Source: Octopus vulgaris (taxonomy: Eukaryota). From it: a stretch of 64,000 nt of DNA. The notes under the pieces were generated by a model. The model worked only from the letters and a program-made list of their open reading frames with translations, made no database searches and was not told the DNA's origin. Location: positions 148,862,001 through 148,926,000 of the forward strand of contig OX597814.1 of the NCBI GenBank assembly GCA_951406725.2, in the 5' to 3' direction. The translations under genes and the position numbers were made by a program. Within the stretch, counting starts at the first letter, position 1, and every line of letters starts with the position of its first letter. Of the stretch, positions 13,255 to 28,399 are shown piece by piece.

Positions 13255-14253
13255 ACAATAATAATACCTAAATAATGATGAAGATATATAGAATATATAC
13301 GATAAATAAATATTTAAATTCAAATTTGAAATGAGAGATCTTTTTTCATCTACATACACAGAGCTACTAAAAAGGAACATGTATATAAGAATAAAAGTAT
13401 ATAGTCATGTTCCAAGAAAGAAATAGATTTTTTTTTTTTGTAAGCTTGCAAATGAAAAAAAATTATACACATCATTCTATGGCGAAAAATGATGTTCATG
13501 ACTTTTCTGCATGTAATTTACAGATATAGTTAATATTTTATAGATTTCACTTTGAGTCGAACACGTACATATCTGTGTGTGTGTGTGTGTGTGTATGTGT
13601 GTATGTGTATGTCTTTGTGTATGTGTGTGTATGTCTGTGTGTGTGTGAAATGAAATAGCAAACGTAACGCTGGTTCTAAAAGGGTACTTGATATTCCCTA
13701 TAATTTTGAATAAAATAAAATTGAGCAATACCTCCTGTAACAGTACATTTTTGAAAAAACCCATTCATTTATTCTGCTGCATTCCATCAAATAAATATTG
13801 ACTTCTAAATTAATTACAAGGTGAAAATTTGACGTAGAGGGAACATTCGATTATACGGAGTCAGCTATTTGACTAAATCTCATTTTTTTTCGACATCAAA
13901 ATAATGATAGGCAAACATGCACTCAACAGGGTTCGAATTGAGGAAATTTAGAAATACATTTAAAAATTACCAGGTATGTCGTTCCTCGCCCAATCGATTT
14001 TTTTCAACATAACACCTATCAAATAATTATTGATATTAGTTGATTAAATGGAAGCCAGTCTTTGATTTGGAGATACAAACATGAATGTATTTATTCAAGC
14101 ATAGTTCTGATACATGCTTTATCGCAGCTGAAAGGAAATCAAAAACAATGTATATAAATCTAAATGTCTACAAGTCGCAATGTAAATAGCTGAAAATGTA
14201 TATTGTTAATGCTAATCATCATCGTCATCATCATCATCATCATCATCATCATC

Positions 14254-14308
<55 letters not shown>

Positions 14309-14948
14309 ACCCGTGTTCCGTGAACTATATTTTGTTTTGCAAACATTTTCATAAGTATTAGAATATAGACGCATGGAAAGAAACGCATGATGAATTCATG
14401 TTATGTTGAGTAAATATGTAAATATGGATTCAGAATAACGTGTCTCCCAAATAAGATTTCTATTGTTATATTTGGGTGATAATTAATCTCAAGAATTTAC
14501 GACCATTGCGCATACAAACACTTCCAGTCCATATCACATAAAGCACATATTCTTCTACGTCAAATATATGAATAACTTACCCGCTATTTCTTAATCTTAA
14601 CACTATAATCAGATGTTCCACCAATAAGTTGAAATTTTACACATAAGAGCAATAATATTTTAACATTGCACGTACGTCTATTAACTGGAATTTAGCGGGC
14701 AGCGACGGGTGTCTTGGGTTCTAAAATTTAGTTTCAATGATATATTGCTCTAGACACACCTTATTAGAATCAATCATAGCAATAGTATCGCTGCTCAGTA
14801 GAATATATATTTCACAATCAGCATCACTATCTTGAAGATAACTTACTAAATATTACTCTCGATAAATATAAATTGTACTTATCAACTTCGATGAAAAGCA
14901 ATCCTTTCTTTGTATATATGCAGTGAGTATAAATACACACACACACAT

Positions 14949-15013
<65 letters not shown>

Positions 15014-15034
15014 TATACATGTATATATATATAA

Positions 15035-15320
15035 CACAAAATAGGATAAGAACGCAAAACATCCGAACATGTAAGTGATACAACATGTGACAACAAAACA
15101 TCCAAATGGTCGATACAAAAAGCAAGGACGGGTCATTCGAAGCTTTTTATCCTCAGTCAAAAACCGGATCATCCTCGCAATTTCGGCTGATTAATCTTGA
15201 GATTGCTCCAATCTTGCCAGCCCCAAGGAAAAACTAAGCTAAGAGCATTAGATTCCTTGGAGGAAAGCATCTACTGTATACGAAAACAAGGACGGAAAAT
15301 CAGACGATGTCACACGAATA
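15035..15320 (-). mobile_element. Probable Penelope-like terminal-repeat fragment
   Basis: Unique-sequence island between (TA)n tracts with a degenerate hammerhead-like motif on the minus strand (CTGAGGA...GAA...GTC, ~15127-15158). Confidence 0.35.
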
Positions 15321-15372
15321 TATATACAAAATACAATATATATATATATGTATACATTCACACGATCACACA

Positions 15373-15475
<103 letters not shown>

Positions 15476-15679
15476 CTTTAGTACTTCTGAAAGTTCGGAA
15501 ATAAAAATTGCTAAAATAGCACATTCAGAGTCTGAAGATTTCTTGGAGACACTAGCCATGTTATTGAAACCTGCATTGAAATTATCTCCAAATGATATAT
15601 CGTATATATTAAACGTTCTTTATCCGTCACCGGATGGAGTATTTTTGTGTTGATCTGATTTTAGCGAAAAATAAAATAT

Positions 15680-15746
<67 letters not shown>

Positions 15747-15789
15747 CGCACATGCGTGTGTTACTTTTATTCCTATATCTTTTACTTGT

Positions 15790-15960
15790 TTCATCAATTG
15801 GCTTTCAGCCATGCGTTGCCGCCTCATTCAATGCTTTAATCGAATAAATGGGTCCCAAATTCTATTTTACTGGTAATTATTCTAACGGAGGATTTTGCCG
15901 AACCGCTAATTACGAAGACATAAGCAAGGTCGTCAAGCGAAATTGGAGGACAACACAGAC
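15790..15960 (-). mobile_element. Degenerate SINE 3' half (59317 family)
   Basis: ttttgccgaaccgctaa is the reverse complement of ttagcggttcggcaaaa in the 59317 copy. Confidence 0.55.
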
Positions 15961-16077
15961 ACATAGACACACATAGACACAAAGGTACACGCACACACAA
16001 ACACACACTCATACACATACATATATATATGCACACATACATTAATACATATATATATACATATATACATATATATG

Positions 16078-17635
16078 AAGGTTTACTCAAGTACATTTTT
16101 TCAAATTTGGGGACCTATGAAGAAACCTTCTTTAATTTTAGCTTGACTCAGGGAAGAGAGGTTTTCTGCAATATATTCAAATGCAGAGGATTCCTTGTCC
16201 AAGGCTTTCACAAATTGCTTAAACAAACCGAATTGAATATGCAAAGGAGGTAAAAAAAATATCACTTTTCACAAGTGGTTGGTGCATGATGTTGTGTTTT
16301 CCTTCCTCAATTTCATGTCGGATCGGCCAATCCTTGCGTACATAATGTTGAGCTCTTGCTCTGGAATTCCATAAGCACAGGAAGCAGCAAAATTTAGCAT
16401 AACCAAGCTGAATGCCTTTAAGCATGGCAACAACCTTAAAACATGCACAAATATGCCAGGTATGATCATCATACTGTATGCTTGTTAGAATTGCTTTCAG
16501 ATTTTCATATGATCCTTTCAAGGATGTGCTATAAGCTATAAGAACAGAAGGCAGATTGTTACCATTGCGTAGCAGAACAGCTTTGATGCTGGCTGTCCTT
16601 GGATGCATCCATGAAAAGTCGCCAGTTGGCTTTATCATATGGTGTTTCCAGTTGCTCAAAAAGTTCAGTGATGTCATTACAAAAGCATGTCATCCTTCAT
16701 GGCGAATAATGCAAGCAGATCCTCTGTACGTTTTCTATAGTGTTATCTTCACTCCATTTCTCAAGGAGATTACATTCTTGAAGCCTTGATGCCAGAAACT
16801 CAATTTTCTCTTTGGTTAAATAAAGATCTCTGCACAAGTCATTTAGAGCTTCTTGAGAAAATGATATTGGTTTATTCTCACTTTTTGGATCATTGGGTTC
16901 CACCCATTCACCACTGGAATGTTCATCAGCACTGCTAGAACTGCATTTCTTGATCTGGAGGTTAGGGCAGAAGTAAATTTTCTGAGTGCTCTACTTGCCG
17001 CATTGCTGATTGCAAATTTGGTAAACAATGTTTCTTTTTCTTTGCTGTAGTACAGCCTGTAAAGTCACGGTGAGAGAAATAGCTATCATTAAAATGATAT
17101 TTCTGCTCCCGCCAAATCATTGGCACACCAAACTTCATGTGAACATTTTTCCTGCATACCAGGCACTCAATGTCTTCACACATGTAAGGCAACACACTTG
17201 AGGAGCCCATGACATCCTGATCTCCTAAGTAACAATCGAAGTACACCTTGTATATTTTCTTGATATGGCATGTAATACTGCGCTTTTCTTTAGCAAAGGT
17301 CAATTCCCTACAGATATAACAGAATCTGTTTGTATCGTTGCACTCATTGTTAACAACAAATAAGATCGGCACAATAACAAAAATAACATTAAACACAAGC
17401 TTTGAATCACATTGTAGGTGTTACTAAGATTGGTCTCTAACCCTCGGTTGAAACTCATTTTACAATGCGGTACAGAAATTTGTTTTAATAATAATGACAA
17501 AAAGGGTATACGGGGACTATTTTGTAGAAACCATGTCTAATTTAACAAAAAGAAGGCCAGAAATGGATTTCCCACGTCATTTTGCATATAAAAATGGCCA
17601 CAGATTTCTTGTACTTGTATGAGTGTTGCACAGTG
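16078..17635 (-). mobile_element. Chapaev-3-type (CMC superfamily) DNA transposon remnant, 3'-truncated
   Basis: Fragmented transposase: FCYICRE...WREQKYH, FSQEALNDLCRDLYLTKEKIEFLASRL, SIKAVLLRNGNNLPS, CCFLCLWNSRARAQHY, PPLHIQFGLFKQFVKALD, AKIKEGFFIGPQI. The putative 5' terminus CACTGTGCAAC lies at 17635-17625. Confidence 0.75.
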
Positions 17636-18401
17636 TAGTCAAAGTTAAGGATATAGTCATTACCTATGTAAAAATATTTCAAAGTTAGAATGGTTGCTGA
17701 ACACTGATTTTTAGGCGCTATTTACCCGGTGACACGAGGAGTATTATATTACGCAGCGATTTTTGATCGAAAGACAATGTAAATATGCCTATTGTAAATA
17801 TACACGTTGATATATAAGTTTAATACTCTGATTGAGAGTCTGTAAAAGGTGGTCTTATACAGTCATGTATTTAATAAGTGATACCAGCTACCTACCTGCT
17901 GCAGTAGACACGTAGCGTGCTTCTGCAGTTATTTAACTTTATATTAGCTCCGAATCAGGCGACCTATGACCGTTTCATCTCTTTTGAACAATGCCTATAT
18001 GACAACGTTTATGAATGTGTCATATGACTTGCAATATTGTTAGGTAATATATTAATGAGCTTCTCAGTGTAATAGCGGCCATACAGAATCGTCTTTATTG
18101 ATTGACTTTTGTGTTGAAAGTCTGGTACAATATAATCTGAATTTGATCAGTTTAATATTTCTTGCCAGAAACATGATTTATAAAAATTCAGGAATATATC
18201 GATGAGAAAGAAAAGTATTTCTGCGTGGTTGCTCTTTTAGAACTAGTACAAAACTCACCCTCACATTACATCCACTTCCGTAAAAATAATTATGTATTCA
18301 ATAGCGTAATTTTAGACATATTTTCCATGAAGATTGGATGAAATGGGGTTCTCACAACCAGAAGAAACAGGCGGCTACAAACACATATTGCGTTTCGTCA
18401 A

Positions 18402-18445
<44 letters not shown>

Positions 18446-20109
18446 AGAAGCAGAACAAAGACAGAGTATGAAAAAGAGATAATTACATATATAAATATAA
18501 ATTTTACATATTTATAAATGAATTTCAAACATACATATTGTGTGCGCATGGTTGTGTGTGTATGTATGTGTGTATGAGCGCGTGCGTGTGAGTGCGTGCA
18601 TGTGTGTGAATAACACAAGTTCTACAAAGAAACTGCTATTTTCTTTTTATATGTAATCGAAGCGAGGGAAGTTTGCCGAGAAAGACGCAACTTCAAACAT
18701 ATACAGAGGTTGTTCCGATCGAATCAATAATGAGAGTTTATTTAGTATCAACTTCACATCATCTTGTTTCTTTACATTTTTCAAAGCATTTGACAAGTTG
18801 ATGGATACTGTGTTAAAAACAATAGGAAAGTGTATTTAAAAAACAGAAGAAATGTTGTGAAGTAAAATATTCTATGTGATATAAGATATTGCCAGTAAAA
18901 TGACGCTGTTCTTTTATCTTTGTTTTTACTTCAGAGGGGAGCTGACTAGATTTTATTACAACTTTCCAAAATATGAAAATATATATATAGGCCGAAACGG
19001 CTACATCAGATTGGCATGTATATACATTTCGACGACTTCAAAAGGATATCGTTCACTTATTTAACCCTTTCAAATATAAAGATTCAGTATGATTTATTTC
19101 ATAGTACGTTCATATAGCAAAAGAAATAAGCTACAGAATGCTGAAGGAAAATAAAATATAACTTGTAATAAGTAATCCTTTATTGAAATATTAGGAGAGT
19201 AAATTTTATTCTTGTCGAGAATTATTATATACTTCACATGAATATACGTTCTATATGCAAATAAAATTATTTTCTGCAATTTTTCATTATAGCATCATCC
19301 ACATATATATGAAAACATATATATTCAATAATATATGAAAACTGTAAATGCTAGGTCAATATTTTTCTGAATTTTTTTTATAATTACCTTAAATTACCAG
19401 ACTGAATTGGTGATATGTTTTCCCCTCAGCAGCTAACTGGGATTTAATGTTTTGATTTTAGAGACACCAATCGTCAAAACACATTATTTGGGATTTTAAA
19501 ATCTTATTTTCTACTTCCTAGCCTAAGGATAAATAGAAGGTCATGCTAGGCAACGTTATCGTAAAGAAATACATAAGGATTCTTGTCTAATTAAAATAAA
19601 CCATAGTATTGGTTTTCTTGTATTAGATAGACGTTCCTTACTATAGTTTTTCAAGATCATTCCAACTGGTGCAGTTGATGCCAGCCGTTTGCCTATCTCA
19701 TAACCGCAAAAGTCATGAGGAATAGTGACATACAACAGCCGGTTAAAAGTCATGGTTGATTCAAGTCACAATATTACGTTTCTACAAATATTTGACTTTA
19801 TTTTTCCAATTGTTGAAATCAATATTAACTCAGATATTTATTTTACATCACCAAATATTTTAGAGTTTGTGTTATTGTTTGGGTAAAGAATATCAGTGAT
19901 ATTGATTTAACAGTTCGTTTTCACTCGGCACAATTTTAGGTTTTATATTGTATATTCAGAGTCAAACTTATCGATCAATGTTATTTATATTATCACAACG
20001 AAGGAGTGCAAAGAATGCAAATTTGATCATAGAAGGATTTGAATATCGTAATAAATGATGAATCTTAATATTTCAATGATGAATCTTAATATTTCAACGC
20101 ATTTTCGAG

Positions 20110-20330
20110 GCAGCGTGCTGGCGATATCGTTAGCACGCCAGGTAAGTTGTTATAGCAGTATTTAAGTCCGTTTTCACATACTAAGTTCAAATTCCGCCAA
20201 GGTTGATTCCAATTTTTGTCGGTTCAGGGTGGATAAAATAACTGTTATTTAGACTCTAGGGTCGATGTGATCGTCTTACTCCTTCCTTTGAAATTGCTAG
20301 CCTTATACCAAAACTCGAAATCAATATTTC
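20110..20330 (+). mobile_element. Degenerate SINE (second family; related copies at 23595, 33150 and 45815)
   Basis: Box-B-like gttcaaattcc followed by the shared core ...ggggtcgataaaataa-like...gggtcgatgtgatcg. Confidence 0.55.
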
Positions 20331-20957
20331 AAAACATTTATCACGTGTTATGTCCAAATCGGTCCGCTTCTCTGGTCATGTGATCAAAACTATTTTCTGA
20401 TGCATTTTAGGAAAATATAATGACTTTTTGTATTATTATTACTGAAATGTTTAAATTCTTAGTGGAAACATTCTCCCTTCTCATATATTCAGAACAGAAT
20501 GAACATTATATTTCCTATATATTTATATGGAGGAACATGATTTAATACCAAATATATGCAATGTTAAAATGTTTCCTAATATGTAGCACTAACATACATT
20601 GTACTAAGAGAATTCAATTATTGAGATACGACCCAACAATTACAAACACACCTGAAATGCTCAACTTATCAAAAGCAACAGCCAGGCATAAGCCCTAGCA
20701 AATGGATCACCAACTTCAAATAAACCACCAAAATCACAAAATGAACTGCTATGTCCTAAAAAATCTCTTCATCGCATAATAAAAAATATTCATTCGGTGG
20801 TATTGAGTTCAACGACAGTTACATAGATCAAACGAATTAAACCGTGAGAAACACACTCAATATTAATTGGCAACATATACAATGTCTTAGTAGTAGAGTG
20901 AGTTTCTATGCACACACGCACACACACATATACATATATACCTGTAGACATACATAT

Positions 20958-21042
<85 letters not shown>

Positions 21043-21149
21043 TGTATGTATGCATGTATGTATGTATGTCTCTGCGTGTGTGTGTGTACAATAGCCTCGA
21101 GCCGACGAAAGCCTTGTGAGTGGATTTGATCATTGGATCATACCTTTTT

Positions 21150-21500
21150 CTCCTTCCAGCTTGGCTCCTCTAGACTTCTCTTCACTCTTCATGTTAAGAA
21201 TTTATATACGGTGATCTCACACAAGGAAGGACTTCTTGCCCCCAAACACATCCTAGACCTTCAACCTAAACCCCCAACCTGACACGTCCACACTTCTGGC
21301 CGAACTTGTTCACTTCCTCAACGGCTTCTAGTTCACGGGGGAGTTTCAACACCACGTCTCGGGACGGGCCATGGGAAGGAGAATGGGCCCCATCTATGCG
21401 AGCCTGTTCGTTGGCTACGTTGCGGCCCAGATACATTCAAGATTCACTGGTCACTAGTGCATTGTTGCTACCTCGCTCTCCCGGGAACAATTAGACTCCT
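21150..21500 (+). pseudogene. Penelope-like element reverse transcriptase fragment
   Basis: My translation across frameshifts gives LLFTLHVKNLYTVISHKEGL...LAELVHFLNGF*FTGEF...GRAMGRRMAP.YASLFVGYV. This matches the PLE RT motifs DVxSLYTxIPHxEG and GxAMGxxxAPxYANLF. Confidence 0.8.
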
Positions 21501-21774
21501 TCCTCTCTTTTGTCCTCATAACTTAGTTGTTCAACCAAAGAGCCGATACAGTAAGTACGGAGCTTACAAAGAATAAGACTTGTGGACAACTTCTACGACT
21601 AAAACTCTATAAGGCGGTGCCCCACCTTGACCACAATAATACGAAAAGAAAAAGAACAAAAATATATATATATACATACACACACACATATATACATATA
21701 TATACATATTGAAGTATGTATGTATGTACGTATGTATGTATGTACGTATGTATGTAGGAGTGGGAGTGTGACTC

Positions 21775-21861
21775 CGGCTCAGTCCCACTTCGTGGCCTCG
21801 GGCCGGCAAAAGCCTTGTGAGTGGATTTGGTAAAAGGAAACTAAACGCCGTCCATCGTGTG

Positions 21862-21915
<54 letters not shown>

Positions 21916-22077
21916 TGTGTGTGTGAGTGTGTGTATGTATGTATATATATGTCTGTGTGCCTGTGAATGTTTCCCATCCAGCATTGCTTGACAACGGGTG
22001 CTGGTATTTTTACGTCCTCGTAACTTAGCGGTTCGGCAAAAGATACGGATAGAATAAGCACTAGGCTTACAAAGAAT
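21775..22077 (+). mobile_element. tRNA-derived SINE (59317 family), partial, with internal (TA)/(TG) tract
   Basis: gcctcgggccg..aaagccttgtgagtggatttggta and ttagcggttcggcaaaaga..gatagaataag match the 59317 copy. Confidence 0.8.
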
Positions 22078-22119
22078 ATAATATATTGTATGTGTCTATA
22101 CATGTATATATTATATATA

Positions 22120-22160
<41 letters not shown>

Positions 22161-22387
22161 TAGAGAGAGAGAGGGGGAGAGAGACGGAGAAAAAGAGAAA
22201 CAGAGAAACAGAGAGACGGAGATCTTCAAGTGTCATAGTGACACAAATGTGTGAATATAGCAATGTTGTGCAATCAGACGTTACAGTGTTACAATTCTCT
22301 AACACGGGAGATTGTAAATTACTCAGAGCAAGGAAATGTGGAAGCGAAAGTGAAAGTCAGGAATAAGCGCTTGTGCCGATCTATATT

Positions 22388-22432
<45 letters not shown>

Positions 22433-22483
22433 GTGTGTGCGTGTTTGTATGTGTGTGTGTGTGTGTATCTCTCTCTCTCTCTA

Positions 22484-22517
<34 letters not shown>

Positions 22518-23115
22518 CATATATATATATATATTTATAAATACATACATATATATACATACACACACAGACCATATACACACATATGCGCAGTAACATG
22601 TGCACAACACAGCTGGAAAGTGAGGAGGTGGAAGAGTGCAAATTGGAAATGAGAGAGCTGTTGGATGATTAGCTTTTAAAAGAACTGGAAACTAGAAACC
22701 GATGAGTCCTTGGGTAATTTAAAACCTGATTGAATTATCTGACACATGAAAGAATAAAGTAGTTTAATCTTCTGGGATTTGGTATTAACCAAATCAAGAA
22801 GTAAAATAAAACAAATAAACCAAAAAACGAATGTATTTCCCTTCACTATTAGAATTAAAGGGAATACATCACCTATGAAACATAATTAGAAAGTCGTTAT
22901 CTTAATTGTAAAGATTGTTCAATTTTCCCTCTTTTATTTTTACGTTATTTTAGAAATTTAAAGCACAAAATAAAAGAAATTGAATTTATAATTACTCATT
23001 GAAGGAAGGGCAATTTAAAAACCAATATGGAAATAACACAATTTATTTGGATTTATTTAGAATTTCTTTGTCTCTTAATCTTTTCTAATCATTGTAAACC
23101 TCTCTCAAACATTGT

Positions 23116-23153
<38 letters not shown>

Positions 23154-23172
23154 TCTCACTCACTCATACGCA

Positions 23173-23313
<141 letters not shown>

Positions 23314-23500
23314 GTAATTATTTTACATTTTTTTAATATATCGATGGGAATGAGACAATACCAGGCAGGATTTGCTTTGGACATAGATTCAGTGTTTGTA
23401 TAAGTTTATATATAAATATACATATACACAAACATTTAATTCATATATACCTGTTTCAACCTGAAGCACTGGTCATGCAGGGCAACCACCTTTAAAACGT

Positions 23501-23569
<69 letters not shown>

Positions 23570-23594
23570 ATGTATGTATGTGTGTGTGTGTTTC

Positions 23595-23748
23595 TTTATT
23601 ACCTACAAGGGGTTAAACATAGAGGGGACAAACAAGGACAGACAAACGGATTAAGTCGATTACATCGACCCCAGTGCGTAACTGGTACTTAAGTTCTAGA
23701 CCCCGAAAGGATGAAATGTAAAGTCGAGCTCGGTGGAACTTGAACTAC
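23595..23748 (-). mobile_element. SINE (second family), partial
   Basis: aagtcgattacatcgaccccagt...gaccccgaaaggatgaaa..aaagtcga...aacttgaact is the reverse complement of the 20110/33150 core. Confidence 0.65.
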
Positions 23749-24337
23749 TATATTTCTATATAGTAGTAACAACTATAGAATGTTGAGGTTTAAACATTAA
23801 TATAGATTTTCGCGCTTGAACGTATGCAAAACAATATATGCGCAGTATTCTTAAACATTTTTCAAGTTTTTAGACTTATAAATATTTGCAGAATCAAGAC
23901 TTATATAAATTAATATTTTATTTAAATATGTAAATAATGACCCTTTTATAACGTTTTACTCGCTGAACAGAATAGAGAAAATGCAGAAAATTGAAAGAAT
24001 GAAAGCATATTAGAAACAAATAGCTAGAATGGATAGACGGCAAATGGAGAGGTATATATGAAGAGAAAAGAAACTTAATAGAATGACATGCAGAATAGTG
24101 GGAGGAGAAAATGAAATGAAAACCGAAACGAATAAAGAAAGTAGCGTCTGGAAGAAATATGAAACTTTTATTGCATCGTAACAAGTACATCGTGATGTAC
24201 CCAGTAACGTGAATAGTGTATAAGAATGAAGACATAAAAAAGAGAATAGAGATGGAATTAGAAATGAGAAGTACTTGTAAGGAGGAGGAGTGCAAAAGGC
24301 TAAAATGTTACAATGACATTTGTAAGCGAGTAGTGGA

Positions 24338-24370
<33 letters not shown>

Positions 24371-25272
24371 CAAATATATATAGAGAGAAATAACGAATGT
24401 TAGAGGTGAAAGATACTGAAAGTGAAAGTAGTGTTTAGATAGGAAGTGTAATATGATTCCACGATATTTATATCATAACTATAATATTTATTTTATCATT
24501 TTCAGATGCTCAGCAGTTGACATCTCCTTATCAATGTCTTTATGTTATCTCATAGTCCATCATCATGTCTAAGATAGTGACATATCTCAGCTGTCGACGT
24601 ACATTTTATACTAAGACTTCATTTAAGATTTTCGAGGCATGATTTTTGCTTCCTTTTAATACCATAAAGAAATATTCTTCCAATGTCTATATAATATTGG
24701 ACATCAATATCTAATTTCTTTTTGATAATCGAATACGCTGTCCATACAAATCCAGATCGTCTATATAGAAAAGATATACAGAGTTTTTAAATTCAGATAT
24801 CGACTTCTGTAAGCAACATGACTTTTGAGAAGGTATGACGAATTTAAAAAGAAATGTATGAAAAACCTGCAGAATGCCATTCTTGTATATATACTATAAG
24901 ATGTAATTACTTTTTACTCAACTATATGTATTATAGTTTTATGACATGTCTTCCTTAGATGCTGAATAAAATTCGTTCATTGTTATGGGTATGCGGCTAA
25001 TAATCCATATATGTAATAATCTATGAAACCAACGAACCATTGAAGAAACCTCAACCTGTCTACTCTATTTGTTAGAATTAGCAGTCAAATTTCCTTTAAA
25101 TTTCATGCTACAGACTTCAATGTAGATAAAGATAATGGATAACGACATGTATTTAATATAATATGCCAGAAACGAAGCCAAGTTATGACTGCTGGAATGC
25201 TGGTCGAACGATAAATATGAAAGAGTCGTTGTTAACGGTCTAATCGTTTACCAATGCCTGTCTATCTATCCA

Positions 25273-25317
<45 letters not shown>

Positions 25318-25771
25318 TTATTTATCTATCCATCTATTTACCTATCCATCTATTTATCGATCTATATGTATATCTATCAATCGATTTATCTCTTTCTGTC
25401 TATTTATCTATCAATCAAATTTTATATCTATTTCTATATTTCTATATCCATAAACATTTCATATATGCTTAAACTTTTATATTCATAAGTTTTATATCCA
25501 TGAACTTTAAAACTATTATATCCATAAGCCTATAAGAGAAACTTACACATCCCAATACCTCCTTTTTCTACACTATCTTTTATTATAATTTATCTTGTTT
25601 ATTTTATTTTATTTCATTTCATCTGCTTTTAACTTTCCTAATTCACCGACTCGCGGCGATATCCTGTTATCTTTCTACAGTCTAATAACGTTGCCTGCAA
25701 TATATCATAATATCATATATACACACATACACAGACACAGACACACATACACAGACACAGACACACATACT

Positions 25772-25816
<45 letters not shown>

Positions 25817-27686
25817 ATACACACACACATACATATGGCAGAATATAAAGAACGAGAGCAACAATATAGCAACGCATGGACAATAATGTTATTAAGTTAA
25901 TACTTTAATAGGAAGTGAAATTGTTTTAATCTTTCGGAAGCTAGTCCCTTTTTAAAAAAAAAAGAATTAAAAGAACTTTAAACATAGAGACAGTGAAATA
26001 TACATATACTTGTGGAGAAAATAATGGGTGAATATTTAGAAATCAGATGGCAATCTTGTAGAAAAGAGTTAGAAGTTGCACAAAGGGTAGATGTTTGGAT
26101 ATATTTATGACTGTTCTTTGTGCCTTGAAGAGTGAACTAGTATGGGGTGTGTGTATGGAAATATAGATTTATAGAGGTTGCTTATTTGGGGCGTGGGTGA
26201 TGTGTGCGTCATCGTTAAGTGGATGATTAGAAAGCGTATACGCGACGAGAGTGGTTGAGAGTGTGGGAATATGGATGTTACTGAAACACATGGATTGCAG
26301 AGAAATGCGGTGGGTGTGATTGATATGCGTGCAAATGTATAAGTAAGTATATAAATGGGGGATGATAAGTTTTTAAATTAAGCTTTAACATACACACGCA
26401 CGAATACTTATATACATAACCACGTACATATACATCCACGTATATATCAGATGAAATTATGGGTGTACGCATATGAATCCCTCGCGTAAGTTGTAGATGG
26501 TTTTAGCCTGAGATTTAAAGACTCGGTTACGAACGTTCTGATAGGATTGGAAGTCCAATAACGGCTTACATTACTGAATAAAATTGTTATTTAAGGTATT
26601 CGGTGACACTCCATTACAAATTACGCATAGAAGCCACTCTATGGTCAGTTAATCATTTTTCCTTGGCAATACCTCGTAAATCACTACTAATGCTCGTACA
26701 TATCAAGATAGCATATCTGAATTCGATGTACATGGTATATAATTCAACTTACGTAAAATGAGTAATTTATAAAAAATAAAAGTGTGATAGTGTAAGAAAG
26801 AAAAGTGTATACAGGAAACCTACATGTAAGCAAACATTTGACTGCGAGAAGTAATGAATGATCGATATAGTGAATATTTAACTGCAACTATGTTATTCAA
26901 TAGATAAGCATGCTTAGGCGTTAGGCAAAATCTGTTTGATAATTTTATTTCTCTACTATACTGCACAAATGTTTCTTTGCTGTAGGAAGGGTTAAATATA
27001 TAGGTTATCATACTCAGAATTTCGAGATACTAATTGAATCGCATATACAAATTTTAAAAATATCGGATTAGAGGCAACACAAAATCGTTTTATATTCAGA
27101 ACACGGATTTTCTTTCTTTATTCAAACTTTTGAAATGTTAACATCGATAATAAAGTGACGATTAAGATTAAGAATAATGGATGAATATATATATATATAT
27201 ATATGCGTCAATCAATTCCCTTGCGTTCATGAGTATGTGAAATTGTGTAAGTATAAGGAAATACATATCTATCTATCGATATGTATTGTGAATGTATAGA
27301 GTTAATGTACTACATTTTAGCACGACAAACGGAATCTGTCTCTCCATTCGTACCCAGCATCTTAAACCTATGGTCACTAGCAACATGCTGTATTAAAACC
27401 CTGTGAAACGGCGTTTATGTAACGAGACACCCTATATATCAGCAGTTGGGGTGTCATTGCTGCACCGAGTGAAGCATCAAAACTAGTTGTATAGTATCTC
27501 ATCAGGGTGGGTTGAAAGGATCGTTGTGAGCAATGAAGCTTCTCATATATTCGAATTTCCGCCTCTGTCATTAATTATATACTCAACCAACACTGAGGAA
27601 TTCCTGCTGTAAATCCAGCAACAATTGTGTAAACACTACCATTGACAGTGAACTTCCTTCAAAACTTGAAAAACCTTGAATAATTA

Positions 27687-27766
<80 letters not shown>

Positions 27767-27768
<2 letters not shown>

Positions 27769-28063
27769 TGCAATGGCCCAGTGGTTAGGGTAGCAGACTC
27801 GCGGTCGTAGGATCACGGTTTCGATTCCCAGACTGGGCATTGTGAGTGTTTATTGAGCTAAAACGCCTAAAGTTCCACGAGGTTCCTGCAGGGGGTGGTG
27901 GCGATCCCTGTTGTACTCTTTCGCCACAACTTTCTCTCACTCTTTCTTCTGTTGGCCTGCTCGCTTAGCCAGTGGGGTGGCGTCATTTGAAGGCGAAAAC
28001 AATGCGAAGCGCATTGTGACCAGCGATGTGTAGCAACATCTGATAGCCTGGTCGGCGGTCACG

Positions 28064-28067
<4 letters not shown>
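27767..28067 (+). mobile_element. Full-length tRNA-derived SINE (third family; tRNA-Arg-like head)
   Basis: Pol III box A TGGCCCAGTGG and box B GGTTTCGATTCC, followed by a ~230-nt non-tRNA body. It has a 3' hairpin (gacca...gatgt...acatc...tggtc) and is flanked by (GT)n and (TA)n. Confidence 0.85.
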
Positions 28068-28130
<63 letters not shown>

Positions 28131-28399
28131 GCACATGCAAATGGACTAATTACATTGTTGAATTAAAACTTTATATGCAGAAAAGTCAATCCAACTTGTA
28201 AACAATATTCAAAGATTTTGCGTTTTACAACCTTCCGTGATTTAACAAAATGTGTGACTTTCTAACTAGAACTAATCTTCACTTCTTTTTTTGACCTTTC
28301 GCGAATCTTACATGCATTTGATACAATCAATGAAAACAGGCTCACACAAATGATATTTTGAAATAATACAATGACAAGCATTGTTTTTCCACAAAGATT

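Noticed and set aside
20054-20097. 21-bp tandem duplication
   Set aside because: An ordinary local slippage duplication.
27767-27840. tRNA gene
   Set aside because: The cloverleaf is imperfect and continues into a SINE body and tail with no Pol III terminator right after it.
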